From NCBI GenBank assembly GCA_963733295.1, contig CAVTCS010000003.1, positions 2,656,001 through 2,720,000 on the forward strand: a DNA stretch of 64,000 nucleotides. The letters run 5' to 3'. The first letter of the stretch is position 1. Every line of letters starts with the position of its first letter. This DNA is from Vulcanimicrobiota bacterium. Lineage in GTDB: Bacteria; Vulcanimicrobiota; Vulcanimicrobiia; Vulcanimicrobiales; Vulcanimicrobiaceae. The notes below the pieces were generated by a model, which saw nothing but the letters and a program-made list of their open reading frames with translations, had not been told where the DNA came from and did not search any database. The position numbers and the translations under genes are program-made. Below are positions 48,922 through 58,033 of this stretch, piece by piece.

Positions 48922-49995
48922 GTGGCCGAGCCCAAGCCCGCGGCGAACGCGACCGAGGCGCGGAAGTCGCGTCATCTCGACATCTGTTTGGAAGAAGACG
49001 TCGCTTCAGCGCTCGATGCGGGCTTCGCCCGCGTTCGCCTCGCGCACGAAGCGTTGCCCGAATGCGCCCTCGAGGACATCGACACTTCGGTGACGTTCTT
49101 GGGCTGGAGGTTGCGCGCTCCGCTCCTGATCTCGTCGATGACCGGCGGCACCTCGCGAGCGCGCGACATCAACCACAACTTGGCGATCGCGGCCGAGGCG
49201 GCCGGCATCGCGCTCGCGCTCGGAAGCCAGCGCGCGGCGCTCGAAGATCAATCGCTGATTTCGACGTACCGCGTTCGCGACGTCGCGCCGCGAGTGACGC
49301 TCGTCGCGAACCTCGGCGCGGTCCAGTTGAACTACGGCGTCGGCATCGACGACGCCCGGCGCATCGTCGAAAGCATCTCGGCGAACGCGCTGTACTTGCA
49401 CCTGAACCCGTTGCAAGAAGCGTTGCAACGCAACGGCGATACGAATTTCCGTTCGCTCTTGACGAAGATCGGCGCGCTCTGCCGCGCGCTCGAAGTTCCG
49501 GTCATCGCGAAGGGCGTCGGCTCGGGCATCTCCGCCCGCACGGCCTTGCGCCTAGCCGACGCGGGCGTCGCCGCAATCGACGTCGCGGGAGCGGGCGGCA
49601 CCTCGTGGGCGCGGGTCGAGGGTCGTCGCTCGGACGACCCGCGGCGCGAAGCGCTCGCCGAAAGCTTTGCCGCCTGGGGCTATCCGACCGCCGAAGCGGT
49701 CGCCGCATTGCGCCGGGCCGCTCCCTCGCTGCCGATCGTTGCGAGCGGCGGCGTGCGAACGGGAGTCGACGTCGCCAAAGCGCTCGCGCTCGGCGCGAAC
49801 TTGGCGGCGCTGGGTTTGCCTTTCCTCGAACCGGCGACGCGTTCGGCCGAAGCGGTTGCCGACAAGATCGCTTTGATTCTCGAAGGCTTGCGCGTCGCGC
49901 TGTTCGCGAGCGGGTGCCGGCGGCCGTCCGACTTGCCCGGCGCGCTTCACGAACGCGGTTCGGACGAGATCGTGATGGTCGAGCCCTCGACCTGA
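48922..49995 (+). CDS. fni: Type 2 isopentenyl-diphosphate delta-isomerase
   Basis: RKSRHL, ISSMTGG, GSQRA, ANLGAVQL, HLNPLQE, AGAGGTSW, ASGGVR. Confidence 0.95.
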   Translation: MAEPKPAANATEARKSRHLDICLEEDVASALDAGFARVRLAHEALPECALEDIDTSVTFLGWRLRAPLLISSMTGGTSRARDINHNLAIAAEAAGIALALGSQRAALEDQSLISTYRVRDVAPRVTLVANLGAVQLNYGVGIDDARRIVESISANALYLHLNPLQEALQRNGDTNFRSLLTKIGALCRALEVPVIAKGVGSGISARTALRLADAGVAAIDVAGAGGTSWARVEGRRSDDPRREALAESFAAWGYPTAEAVAALRRAAPSLPIVASGGVRTGVDVAKALALGANLAALGLPFLEPATRSAEAVADKIALILEGLRVALFASGCRRPSDLPGALHERGSDEIVMVEPST

Positions 49996-50264
49996 ACGTC
50001 GAACACGTCGACGCTCGCAACGCCTCCGATCGGCATCTTACCGGTGCGCAGCTCGAAGCACCAAGCGTGCCACGGGCAAGTTATGCGCGTGCCCGCGAGC
50101 CAGCCGTCCGCGAGCGGACCACCTTGATGCGGACAACAGTTATCGATCGCGAACAATTCACCGTCCACGTTGAAGAGCGCGATCTCCCGGTCGCCGACCA
50201 CGACGGTCTTCACGCCTCCGGGCGGAAGTTCGGAAAGCTTCGCGACCGGAACGAATTTGGGCAT
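49947..50264 (-). CDS. Rieske-type ferredoxin
   Basis: CPHQGGPL and CPWHAWCF. Confidence 0.9.
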   Translation of the reverse strand: MPKFVPVAKLSELPPGGVKTVVVGDREIALFNVDGELFAIDNCCPHQGGPLADGWLAGTRITCPWHAWCFELRTGKMPIGGVASVDVFDVQVEGSTITISSEPRS

Positions 50265-50328
50265 AGCAGCGAGTCCGCTTCGCGCGAACAACGCTCCATC
50301 ACTTTCCGAGTCTCGAGGTAAATCCGAG

Positions 50329-50616
50329 ATGCTCTCCGACTATCGCACATGGCTCGAATCGGAGCTCAAGCTCCTCGGGAACGCGAGCCACCATGCCTAT
50401 TCCTTCGGTCAGGCCAATATGGCCAAACGCGCCATCGAGCGGCTCGACCAGGAATTAGCCGGGAGAACCCTCGTCGTCCTCAGCCGGGAAGAAGCCGCGA
50501 GCGCCGCCGCGGCCCTCGACGAAATGCAGTCCGGCGCGGCGCTGCCGCCCGAACTGAGACCGTTGCGCGAGCGCCTGCACGCCGGACTCGAGGACCAACC
50601 GAAGGGCGCGCCCTGA
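50329..50616 (+). CDS. Hypothetical helical protein
   Basis: GAGG RBS, 95-aa ORF filling the gap before the rpsO promoter. Confidence 0.6.
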   Translation: MLSDYRTWLESELKLLGNASHHAYSFGQANMAKRAIERLDQELAGRTLVVLSREEAASAAAALDEMQSGAALPPELRPLRERLHAGLEDQPKGAP

Positions 50617-50636
50617 TTGCGAGCCGCCAAGACCGC

Positions 50637-50665
50637 TTGCCGCAGGACCGGCGCTCTGCTATGAT
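50637..50665 (+). promoter_or_regulatory. Sigma70-type promoter of rpsO
   Basis: TTGCCG-17 bp-TATGAT with an extended -10 TG. Confidence 0.7.
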
Positions 50666-50670
50666 TCGCC

Positions 50671-50728
50671 GGTCGCCGGCCTGGGCGGCGCCTTTCGCGG
50701 GGGCGCCGAGCTGGAGCCGAGCGAGACC
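50671..50728 (+). promoter_or_regulatory. Structured rpsO 5' leader (candidate S15 autoregulatory RNA)
   Basis: Nested pairings GGTC/GACC, CGGC/GCCG and CGGCGCC/GGCGCCG between promoter and RBS. Confidence 0.5.
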
Positions 50729-50754
50729 ATCCTGCTAAGGAGCTCCGCACCGCA

Positions 50755-51024
50755 ATGCCTCTGACCAAAGAACAGAAACAAGAGATCGCGGCCAAATACG
50801 GCCGCGGACCCGGCGACACCGGCTCGGCCGACGTCCAAGTCGCCGTCCTGACCGCCTCGATCAACCACTTGACCGAGCACCTCAAGATCCACAAAAAGGA
50901 TCATCACAGCCGCCGCGGCCTCCTCATGCAAGTCGGGCAGCGCCGCAGGCTCCTCGGCTATTTGCAGCGCGAAGACCTGGAACGCTATCGCAAGCTCATC
51001 GCCGACCTCGGGCTGCGCCGCTAA
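50755..51024 (+). CDS. rpsO: 30S ribosomal protein S15
   Basis: [39 protein letters not shown]. Confidence 0.99.
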   Translation: MPLTKEQKQEIAAKYGRGPGDTGSADVQVAVLTASINHLTEHLKIHKKDHHSRRGLLMQVGQRRRLLGYLQREDLERYRKLIADLGLRR

Positions 51025-51072
51025 CCCTCGCGACGCAACCACGCTGCCGCTGCCGCAGTTCCTAAGAGCGCC

Positions 51073-51507
51073 ATGTTTCGCACGCTGATGAAGTCCAAGA
51101 TCCACCGCGCCGTCGTGACGCAGGCGGACGTGAACTACGTGGGCTCGGTGACGATCGACGCCGAGCTGATGTCGGCCGCCGACATTCTGCCGGGCGAGCA
51201 AGTCGCGATCGCCGACATCACGAACGGCGCGCGCCTCGAAACCTACGCGATCGCCGGAGCCGCGGGATCGGGAACGATCGGCATCAACGGTGCGGCCGCG
51301 CGCTTGATCCATCCGGGCGATCTTATCATCCTCATTACGTACGCGCAGTTTTCCGAAACGGAAGCGCGCACGCTCGTGCCGCGTATCGTCCACGTCGACG
51401 AACGCAACCGGATCGCGCGAATCGGGCAGGATCGGGCCGAGGCCCTCGACGCACGGGCGTCGACGCTGCGCGGCGATCTCTCCTACGAAGAACCGATTCT
51501 CGCTTGA
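51073..51507 (+). CDS. panD: Aspartate 1-decarboxylase
   Basis: [18 protein letters not shown] cleavage site, [18 protein letters not shown]. Confidence 0.97.
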   Translation: MFRTLMKSKIHRAVVTQADVNYVGSVTIDAELMSAADILPGEQVAIADITNGARLETYAIAGAAGSGTIGINGAAARLIHPGDLIILITYAQFSETEARTLVPRIVHVDERNRIARIGQDRAEALDARASTLRGDLSYEEPILA

Positions 51508-51523
51508 TGCGGCGGCGCGCGCG

Positions 51524-52630
51524 GTGAGCGAGAGCGAGCTCGCGCGAGCCTGGAACGAAGCTCCCCGTGCGGTCACGCACCATCAACGCGTGCGGCCGAA
51601 GGACGCCCTAACCGAACTCGCAGCCTTCGCACCGGCCGAAGCGCAGGCGGATTCGTACGGCGAAGGCGCATTGCTGGCACGCCTCGAGGGCCGCATCGCG
51701 TCCTTGCTCGGAAAAGAAGCCGCCGCATTCATGCCCAGCGGGACGATGGCGCAGCAAATCGCGCTGCGCATTTGGACCGATCGCGCGAGTTGCCCGAACG
51801 TCGCCTTTCATCCAACGTGTCACCTCGCACTTCACGAAGCGCAAGCCTACGCTTTTCTGCACGGAATGCGCAGCGTTCCGCTCGGGCCGCCGACGGCGCT
51901 GATGCGCGCGAGCGACGTCGAGGCTCTGGCGGAGCCGATCGCGGCGTTGCTCGTCGAGCTGCCGCAGCGCGAAATCGGCGCGCAACTGCTCGAGTGGGAC
52001 GAGCTCGTCGCGCTCTGCGCGGCGGCGCGAGCGCGCGGCGCGAAGCTTCACCTCGACGGCGCACGCCTCTGGGAAGCGCAAGCGTTTTACGGCCGGCCGC
52101 ATGCAGAGATCGCCGCGCTCTTCGACACGGTGTACGTCTCGTTCTATAAAGGTCTCGGCGCGATCGCCGGAGCTGCACTCGCAGGCGACGACGCGACGAT
52201 CGCCGAGGCGCGGGTCTGGCAGCACCGCCACGGCGGCAGACTCGTCTCGCTCTACCCGCTCGCGCTGTCGGCCGAGCGGGGTCTCGACTTGCGGCTCGAG
52301 CGCATGCAGGAGTACCGGCGCGCCGCCCTCGCGATCGCCGCAGCGTTGCGCGCCGTCGACGGCGTCAGCCTGCTTCCCGATCCTCCGCAGACGAACACGT
52401 TCCACATCTTCTTGCGCGGCGAGCGCGCGACGCTCGAAGCGCGCGCCGTCGCGCTCGCGCGCGAACGGGGCATCGCGCTGGCGCGCCGCTTCGCGAACTG
52501 CGCCGTTCCCGGTTTCGTGAAATGGGAGTTCGTCGCGGGCGACGCGACGCTCGAGTTCGAGCCGTCCGAGGTCGCCGCGCTGGTTGCCGAACTGAGCGGC
52601 GCCTCCCAGGCGAGCGCTCGGACCCCCTAG
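51524..52630 (+). CDS. ltaE: Low-specificity threonine aldolase family PLP enzyme
   Basis: FMPSGTMAQQ, LHLDGARLWE, VSFYKGLG (PLP Lys). Confidence 0.85.
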   Translation: MSESELARAWNEAPRAVTHHQRVRPKDALTELAAFAPAEAQADSYGEGALLARLEGRIASLLGKEAAAFMPSGTMAQQIALRIWTDRASCPNVAFHPTCHLALHEAQAYAFLHGMRSVPLGPPTALMRASDVEALAEPIAALLVELPQREIGAQLLEWDELVALCAAARARGAKLHLDGARLWEAQAFYGRPHAEIAALFDTVYVSFYKGLGAIAGAALAGDDATIAEARVWQHRHGGRLVSLYPLALSAERGLDLRLERMQEYRRAALAIAAALRAVDGVSLLPDPPQTNTFHIFLRGERATLEARAVALARERGIALARRFANCAVPGFVKWEFVAGDATLEFEPSEVAALVAELSGASQASARTP

Positions 52631-52719
52631 CACGCCCTGCTAGCGCAGGCTGAACTTCGAGCTGCGGCGAACCGCAGAACGTTTACGATAAAAGTAAGAA
52701 CAAGAAAATAGGAGTAACT

Positions 52720-54900
52720 GTGCCAGAAACCGTCTCTATCGAGATCGGCGGCCGTACGCTGGTTATCGAGACCGGTGAATTGGCAAAGCAAGCCAACGGC
52801 AGCGCTCTCGTCCGCTATGGCGACAGCAACGTCGTGCTCGCCGCCGTCACCGTTTCCGAAAAGCCTCGCGAAGGCATCGATTTCTTTCCTCTGACCTGCG
52901 AATTCGAAGAGCGGATGTACGCAGCCGGCAAGATCCCCGGCGGATACATCAAGCGCGAAGGCCGTCCGACCGAACACGCGACGCTCAGCGCGCGCCAGAT
53001 CGATCGGCCGATTCGACCGCTTTTCCCCGAGGGCTTCCGCAACGACGTCATGATCGTTACGACCGTGCTCTCGATCGATCCCGAACTCGACGCCGACGTG
53101 CTCGCCGTTTGCGCGGCCGGTGCGGCCCTCGCGTTCTCCGACATTCCGTTCGATCAAACGGTCGCGGCGGTACGCGTCGGCCGCGACGAACACGGTGCGT
53201 TCATTTGCAACCCGACGCTGCCGCAGTACGAGACCGGTGGTCTCGATCTCGTGGTTGCCGGCACCGCCAACGCCGTCATGATGGTCGAAGGCGGCGGGAG
53301 CGAACTCTCCGAGGAGGATTTGCTCGGCGCGGTCGCCTTCGCACACGCCGAAATCAAGAAGATCGTGGAAGCGATCGACAAGCTCGCGAAAAAGACCGGC
53401 AAAACCAAACGCACGTATCCGGCTCCGGAAAAGAACGCCGAACTTGCGGCTTGGATGGAAAAGAACTTTAAGAAGGACGTCGCCAAGGCGATGCGCGTCG
53501 TCGACAAGACCGAGCGCAACGCGGCTTTCGCGAAGTTGACGCGCGCCGAAGCGCTCGAACGACTCGGCAAGAAGGACGACGCGGTCCGCGCGATCCTCGA
53601 AGATCCCTCGAACAAAGAGTTCGAGAAGACCATCAAGGCGATGGAAGAGGAAGAATTGCGCGTCATGGTCGTCGACGAAGGGCAACGGCCCGACGGACGC
53701 AAGGCCGACGAGATCCGGCCGATCACGTGCACGACGCACCTGCTGCCGCGCGTTCACGGAACCGGACTCTTCACGCGCGGACAGACGCAAGTCTTGAGCG
53801 CGGCGACGTTGGGTTCGATCTCCGACGAGCAACGGCTCGACTGGATCATCGCGGTTCCCAACAAGCGCTACATGCACTACTACAACTTCCCGCCGTATTC
53901 GGTCGGCGAGACGCGCCCGATGCGCGGTCCGGGCCGGCGCGAGATCGGACACGGACATCTGGCCGAGCGCGCGCTCGTTCCGGTGCTGCCCGCTGAGGAA
54001 GACTTCCCTTACACGCTGCGGGTCGTAAGCGAAACGCTCGAGTCCAACGGATCGTCGTCGATGGCGTCGGTTTGCGGCTCGACGCTCGCGCTGATGGATG
54101 CCGGCGTGCCGATCAAAAAGCACGTCGCGGGCGTCGCGATGGGGCTGATCTTGCACGGCAAGAAGCACGCCGTGCTCACCGACATTCAAGGGCTCGAAGA
54201 TGCTCTGGGCGAGATGGACTTCAAGGTCGCCGGAACGACCGACGGCATCACCGCGATCCAGATGGACATCAAGGTCCAAGGGATCACGCTCGAGATCATG
54301 CGCGAAGCGCTCGCGCAAGCCAAGAAGAGCCGGCTCTTCATCATCGATAAATTGAAGGCGGCGATCCCCGAAGCGCGCAAGGAGCTTTCTCCGTACGCGC
54401 CGCGGATGATCGTTTTGACGATCAATCCCGAGAAGATCAAAGACGTCATCGGACCCGGCGGTAAGATCATCAACAAGATCATCGCGGATACGGGCGTCAA
54501 GATCGACATCGAGAACGACGGCCGCGTCTTCATCGCATCGCCCGACGGCGAGGGAGCCGAACGGGCCAAGAAGATGGTCGAGGCGCTTACCAAGGACGTC
54601 GAAGTGGGCCAAACCTATATGGGGACGGTCACGCGCCTCATGAACTTCGGCGCATTCGTGGCGGTGCTTCCGGGCAAGGAAGGGCTCGTCCACATCAGCC
54701 AGCTCGCGCCGACCCGCGTCGAGCGGGTCGAGGACGTCGTGAAGATCGGCGACGAGATCATGGTCAAGGTCGTCGAGATCGACTCGCAAGGCCGGATCAA
54801 TCTTTCGCGCCGCGCGGTCCTCACCGGCGAAGATCCGGGACCGCTGCGCAACGGCGACGCCCGCGAGCCGAGCGGCGGCCGCCGGCGGCGCCGCGAGTAA
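52720..54900 (+). CDS. pnp: Polyribonucleotide nucleotidyltransferase
   Basis: DFFPLT, RRE.GHG, ESNGSSSMAS, MDFKVAG, KH (IGPGGK) and S1 (FGAFV..GLVHIS) domains. Confidence 0.99.
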   Translation: MPETVSIEIGGRTLVIETGELAKQANGSALVRYGDSNVVLAAVTVSEKPREGIDFFPLTCEFEERMYAAGKIPGGYIKREGRPTEHATLSARQIDRPIRPLFPEGFRNDVMIVTTVLSIDPELDADVLAVCAAGAALAFSDIPFDQTVAAVRVGRDEHGAFICNPTLPQYETGGLDLVVAGTANAVMMVEGGGSELSEEDLLGAVAFAHAEIKKIVEAIDKLAKKTGKTKRTYPAPEKNAELAAWMEKNFKKDVAKAMRVVDKTERNAAFAKLTRAEALERLGKKDDAVRAILEDPSNKEFEKTIKAMEEEELRVMVVDEGQRPDGRKADEIRPITCTTHLLPRVHGTGLFTRGQTQVLSAATLGSISDEQRLDWIIAVPNKRYMHYYNFPPYSVGETRPMRGPGRREIGHGHLAERALVPVLPAEEDFPYTLRVVSETLESNGSSSMASVCGSTLALMDAGVPIKKHVAGVAMGLILHGKKHAVLTDIQGLEDALGEMDFKVAGTTDGITAIQMDIKVQGITLEIMREALAQAKKSRLFIIDKLKAAIPEARKELSPYAPRMIVLTINPEKIKDVIGPGGKIINKIIADTGVKIDIENDGRVFIASPDGEGAERAKKMVEALTKDVEVGQTYMGTVTRLMNFGAFVAVLPGKEGLVHISQLAPTRVERVEDVVKIGDEIMVKVVEIDSQGRINLSRRAVLTGEDPGPLRNGDAREPSGGRRRRRE

Positions 54901-54921
54901 ACTCGAAGCCTGGTACGGAAG

Positions 54922-54955
54922 GAAGCCCCGGGGTAAGCCCGGGGCTTCTCACTTC
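54922..54955 (+). terminator. Hairpin after pnp (probable terminator)
   Basis: 11-bp stem GAAGCCCCGGG/CCCGGGGCTTC with 5-nt loop; weak U tract. Confidence 0.6.
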
Positions 54956-54977
54956 GCTTCGATAGGAGGATCACGGC

Positions 54978-55541
54978 ATGGTAGGTGTGCAGCAGATAGC
55001 CGCCCATTGGTGGGTATTCCTGATCCGCGGAATCATCGCGATCGCCTTCGGTGTCGTGGCCCTCGCGTATCCCTTGCTCACTGCGGCAGCCTTCGTTTTC
55101 ATCTTCGCCGGTTACGCCTGCGTGGACGGGATCTTCACGCTCATCGCGGCGGTGCGTTTGGCGCATCCCGAGAGCGGGCGCTGGTGGTGGATGATCCTGC
55201 AAGGCGTTCTCGGGATCGCAATCGCCATCCTTACCGTCTTGTATCCCTTCATAACGGCCTACGCGCTCGGCGTTTTGATCGCGGTCTGGGCGATCGTAAC
55301 CGGAATCACCGAGATCGCGGCTGCGGTCCGCTTGCGCAAGGACATCCCCAACGAAATCTTCCTGCTCGTGGTCGGCGCGCTCTCCGTGTTCGTCGGCATC
55401 GTGCTCTTCTTCCGGCCGCTGACGGCGCTCTTGGCTTGGGTCTGGGTGGTTGCGTTCTATGCGATTCTCGCCGGAATCATGTTGATCGCGCTCGCCTTTC
55501 GCCTACGCAGTCGCAAGGGCACGCTCACAACTGCGTCTTAG
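54978..55541 (+). CDS. HdeD/DUF308 family membrane protein
   Basis: WW.FLIRG..AI.FG, two 3-TM repeats; AGGAGG RBS. Confidence 0.88.
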   Translation: MVGVQQIAAHWWVFLIRGIIAIAFGVVALAYPLLTAAAFVFIFAGYACVDGIFTLIAAVRLAHPESGRWWWMILQGVLGIAIAILTVLYPFITAYALGVLIAVWAIVTGITEIAAAVRLRKDIPNEIFLLVVGALSVFVGIVLFFRPLTALLAWVWVVAFYAILAGIMLIALAFRLRSRKGTLTTAS

Positions 55542-55568
55542 CGACCTCGGCACTTCCCGAAAGTCAGC

Positions 55569-57152
55569 ATGGCATTCGATTCTCTAGAGCGCTTCGTCGC
55601 GGCGCTCAAGCGCGCCGGCGAACTCGTCGAAATCGACGTGCCGGTCGACCCGCATCTCGAGATCGCCGAAATCAGCGACCGGGTCGTGAAAGCCGGCGGT
55701 CCGGCGCTGCTCTTCCGCGAGGTCGTCGGATCGCGCTATCCCGTCTTGACCAACCAGTTCGGGAGCGAACGGCGCATGGCGATCGCGCTCGGCGCACGTT
55801 CGCTGGATGAGGTCGCAAACCGCGTGCGCAACGCGATCTCGCTCGGCTTTCCCGACTCGATCGGCGGCAAGCTGTCGCGGCTCGCGGCGCTCGGTGCGCT
55901 CGGTTTCGCGCGACCGCGTTTCGTCCGGGACGCACCCGTTCAAGAAGTCGTCGAACGCTCTCCGAATCTGCGCGAACTGCCGGTGCTCACGACCTGGCCG
56001 CTCGACGGCGGACCTTTTATCACGCTGCCGCTCGTCATCACCCGAGATCCCGAAAGCGGCACCCAAAACGTCGGCATGTATCGCATGCAGATCTACGACG
56101 AGCGCACGACGGGCATGCACTGGCAGCGTCACAAGCAGGGCCGCGCTCACGCGGCCAAATGGGGACGCAAAGTTCCGGTCGCGGTCGCGATCGGCGCCGA
56201 TCCCGCTCTGACGTACGCGGCGACGGCGCCTTTGCCGCCGATCGTCGACGAAACCGCCTTCGCCGGCTTCTTGCGCGGCCGCGCGCTGCGCGTGACGCGC
56301 GGCATCAGCGTCGAATTGAACGTTCCGGCCGACGCCGAATTCGTGCTGGAAGGCTACGTCGACAACGAAGACTTGCGGACCGAGGGACCGTTCGGCGACC
56401 ACACCGGCGTATACAGTCTCGCGGACCGGTATCCGACGTTTCACGTCACCTGCCTGACGCGGCGGCGCAGGCCGATCTATGCGGCCACGGTCGTCGGAAA
56501 GCCGCCGATGGAAGACGCGTGGCTCGGCAAAGCGACCGAACGGATCTTTTTGCCGCTCTTGCAGATGGTCGTGCCGGAGATCGTCGACTACAACTTGCCG
56601 GTCGAGGGCGGTTTCCACAACTTGTGCATCGTCGCGGTCAAGAAGTCGTATCCGGGGCAAGCGAAAAAGGTGATGAACGCGCTCTGGGGGCTCGGCCACA
56701 TGATGATGCTGACGCGCGTCCTGCTCGTCGTCGACGCCGACGTCGACGTCCACGACCCGCGCGCCGTCGCCTGGTTCGCGTTGAACAACGTCGACCCGTC
56801 GCGCGACTTGGTCGTGATGCCGGGCCCGGTCGACGACCTCGACCACAGCGGATCGTTCGTCCCGGCGCTCGGGCACAAGCTCGGCATCGATGCGACGCGC
56901 AAGGGTGCCGACGAAGGCTACGCGCGCGTGTGGCCGCCGGATATCGTCATGAACGACGCGACGCGGGCGCTGGTGACGCGACGTTGGAACGAATACGGCT
57001 TGCGCAACTTGCAGCCGCGCGACGACTTGTGGTCGGGCCAAGGCGCCTACGCGCTGCGGCGTTTGCTCGACGGCCCGACTCTGGCAGCGGGCGCCGCCGA
57101 TGCGCCGACGCTGCCAACGAACGGCTCCGCGCTCGAAGGCGAAACGCCGTGA
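55569..57152 (+). CDS. UbiD-family decarboxylase (menaquinone futalosine-pathway MqnL-like)
   Basis: GGPALLF, NVGMYRMQ, EGPFGDHTG, VVGKPPMED, KLGIDAT. Confidence 0.92.
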   Translation: MAFDSLERFVAALKRAGELVEIDVPVDPHLEIAEISDRVVKAGGPALLFREVVGSRYPVLTNQFGSERRMAIALGARSLDEVANRVRNAISLGFPDSIGGKLSRLAALGALGFARPRFVRDAPVQEVVERSPNLRELPVLTTWPLDGGPFITLPLVITRDPESGTQNVGMYRMQIYDERTTGMHWQRHKQGRAHAAKWGRKVPVAVAIGADPALTYAATAPLPPIVDETAFAGFLRGRALRVTRGISVELNVPADAEFVLEGYVDNEDLRTEGPFGDHTGVYSLADRYPTFHVTCLTRRRRPIYAATVVGKPPMEDAWLGKATERIFLPLLQMVVPEIVDYNLPVEGGFHNLCIVAVKKSYPGQAKKVMNALWGLGHMMMLTRVLLVVDADVDVHDPRAVAWFALNNVDPSRDLVVMPGPVDDLDHSGSFVPALGHKLGIDATRKGADEGYARVWPPDIVMNDATRALVTRRWNEYGLRNLQPRDDLWSGQGAYALRRLLDGPTLAAGAADAPTLPTNGSALEGETP

Positions 57153-58033
57153 GCGCGGGACGCGTTGGAACGCCGCACAGCGCGGCGGCGCTCGTTCTGC
57201 GCGAGATTCGACTCGAGCACACGCTCTTTGCGTTGCCCTTCGCCTACACCGGCGCGATCTTTGCGGCCAACGGTTTGCCGACGCCGGCTCAGGCCGGCTG
57301 GATCACCTTGGCGGTGCTCGGCGCTCGCACCGCGGCGATGGCGGCGAACCGTTACGTCGACCGCGAGATCGACGCGCGCAACCCGCGCACGGCACGCCGC
57401 GCCCTCGCGAGCGGCACGCTCCCGCCGGCGGTCATGCTCTGGACCGCGTTCTTCGGACTGGCGCTGTTGGTCGTGGCCGCAGCGGCGCTCAATCCGCTCT
57501 GCCTCGAGCTGCTCCCGCTCGCCGCGCTCGGCATCCTGCTCTACCCGTTTTGCAAGCGCTTCACTTGGAGCGCGCACTTCGTCCTGGGAGCGGTCGACGG
57601 GCTCGCTCCGCTGGGGGCGTACATCGCGGTCGCGGCGCGCGTTTCCGCGAGCGCACTGCTGCTCTTCGGCGCGGTCACGCTGTGGGTAGCCGGCTTCGAC
57701 ATCATCTACGCGTTGATGGACCGCGAGGTCGACATCGCGCAAAAGATCCGCTCCATTCCAGCCCGCTTCGGCGTACGGAGCGGACAGCGGCTGCCGCTCG
57801 CGCTGCATGCCCTGATGCTGGCCTTCCTCGCCTGCGCCGGCGCCTTAGCCGCAGTCGGTCCGCTCTACTATGCAGGCGTCGCGTGCGGCCTCGCGCTGGT
57901 CGCGTACGAAGCGTACTTGCTGCGTTCCGCAAAGGATGTTTTCGTCCTCAACGAACGAGTCTTCGTGAGCAACATGGTTTTCTCGGTCGCCTTTTTGGTC
58001 GCGACGCTCGGAGGTTTCGTGTGGCGAGGCTGA
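57149..58033 (+). CDS. UbiA-family polyprenyltransferase (MqnP-like)
   Basis: EHTLFALPF, ANRYVDREIDARNPRT, YPFCKRF, GFDIIYALMD. Confidence 0.92.
   Translation: MSAGRVGTPHSAAALVLREIRLEHTLFALPFAYTGAIFAANGLPTPAQAGWITLAVLGARTAAMAANRYVDREIDARNPRTARRALASGTLPPAVMLWTAFFGLALLVVAAAALNPLCLELLPLAALGILLYPFCKRFTWSAHFVLGAVDGLAPLGAYIAVAARVSASALLLFGAVTLWVAGFDIIYALMDREVDIAQKIRSIPARFGVRSGQRLPLALHALMLAFLACAGALAAVGPLYYAGVACGLALVAYEAYLLRSAKDVFVLNERVFVSNMVFSVAFLVATLGGFVWRG

Noticed and set aside
52627..54789. Long antisense ORFs (720 aa opposite pnp; also 3401-5533, 29409-31769, 43921-45786 and others)
   Set aside because: These are shadow frames of well-supported genes, expected at high GC; they are Arg/Ala-rich with no motifs
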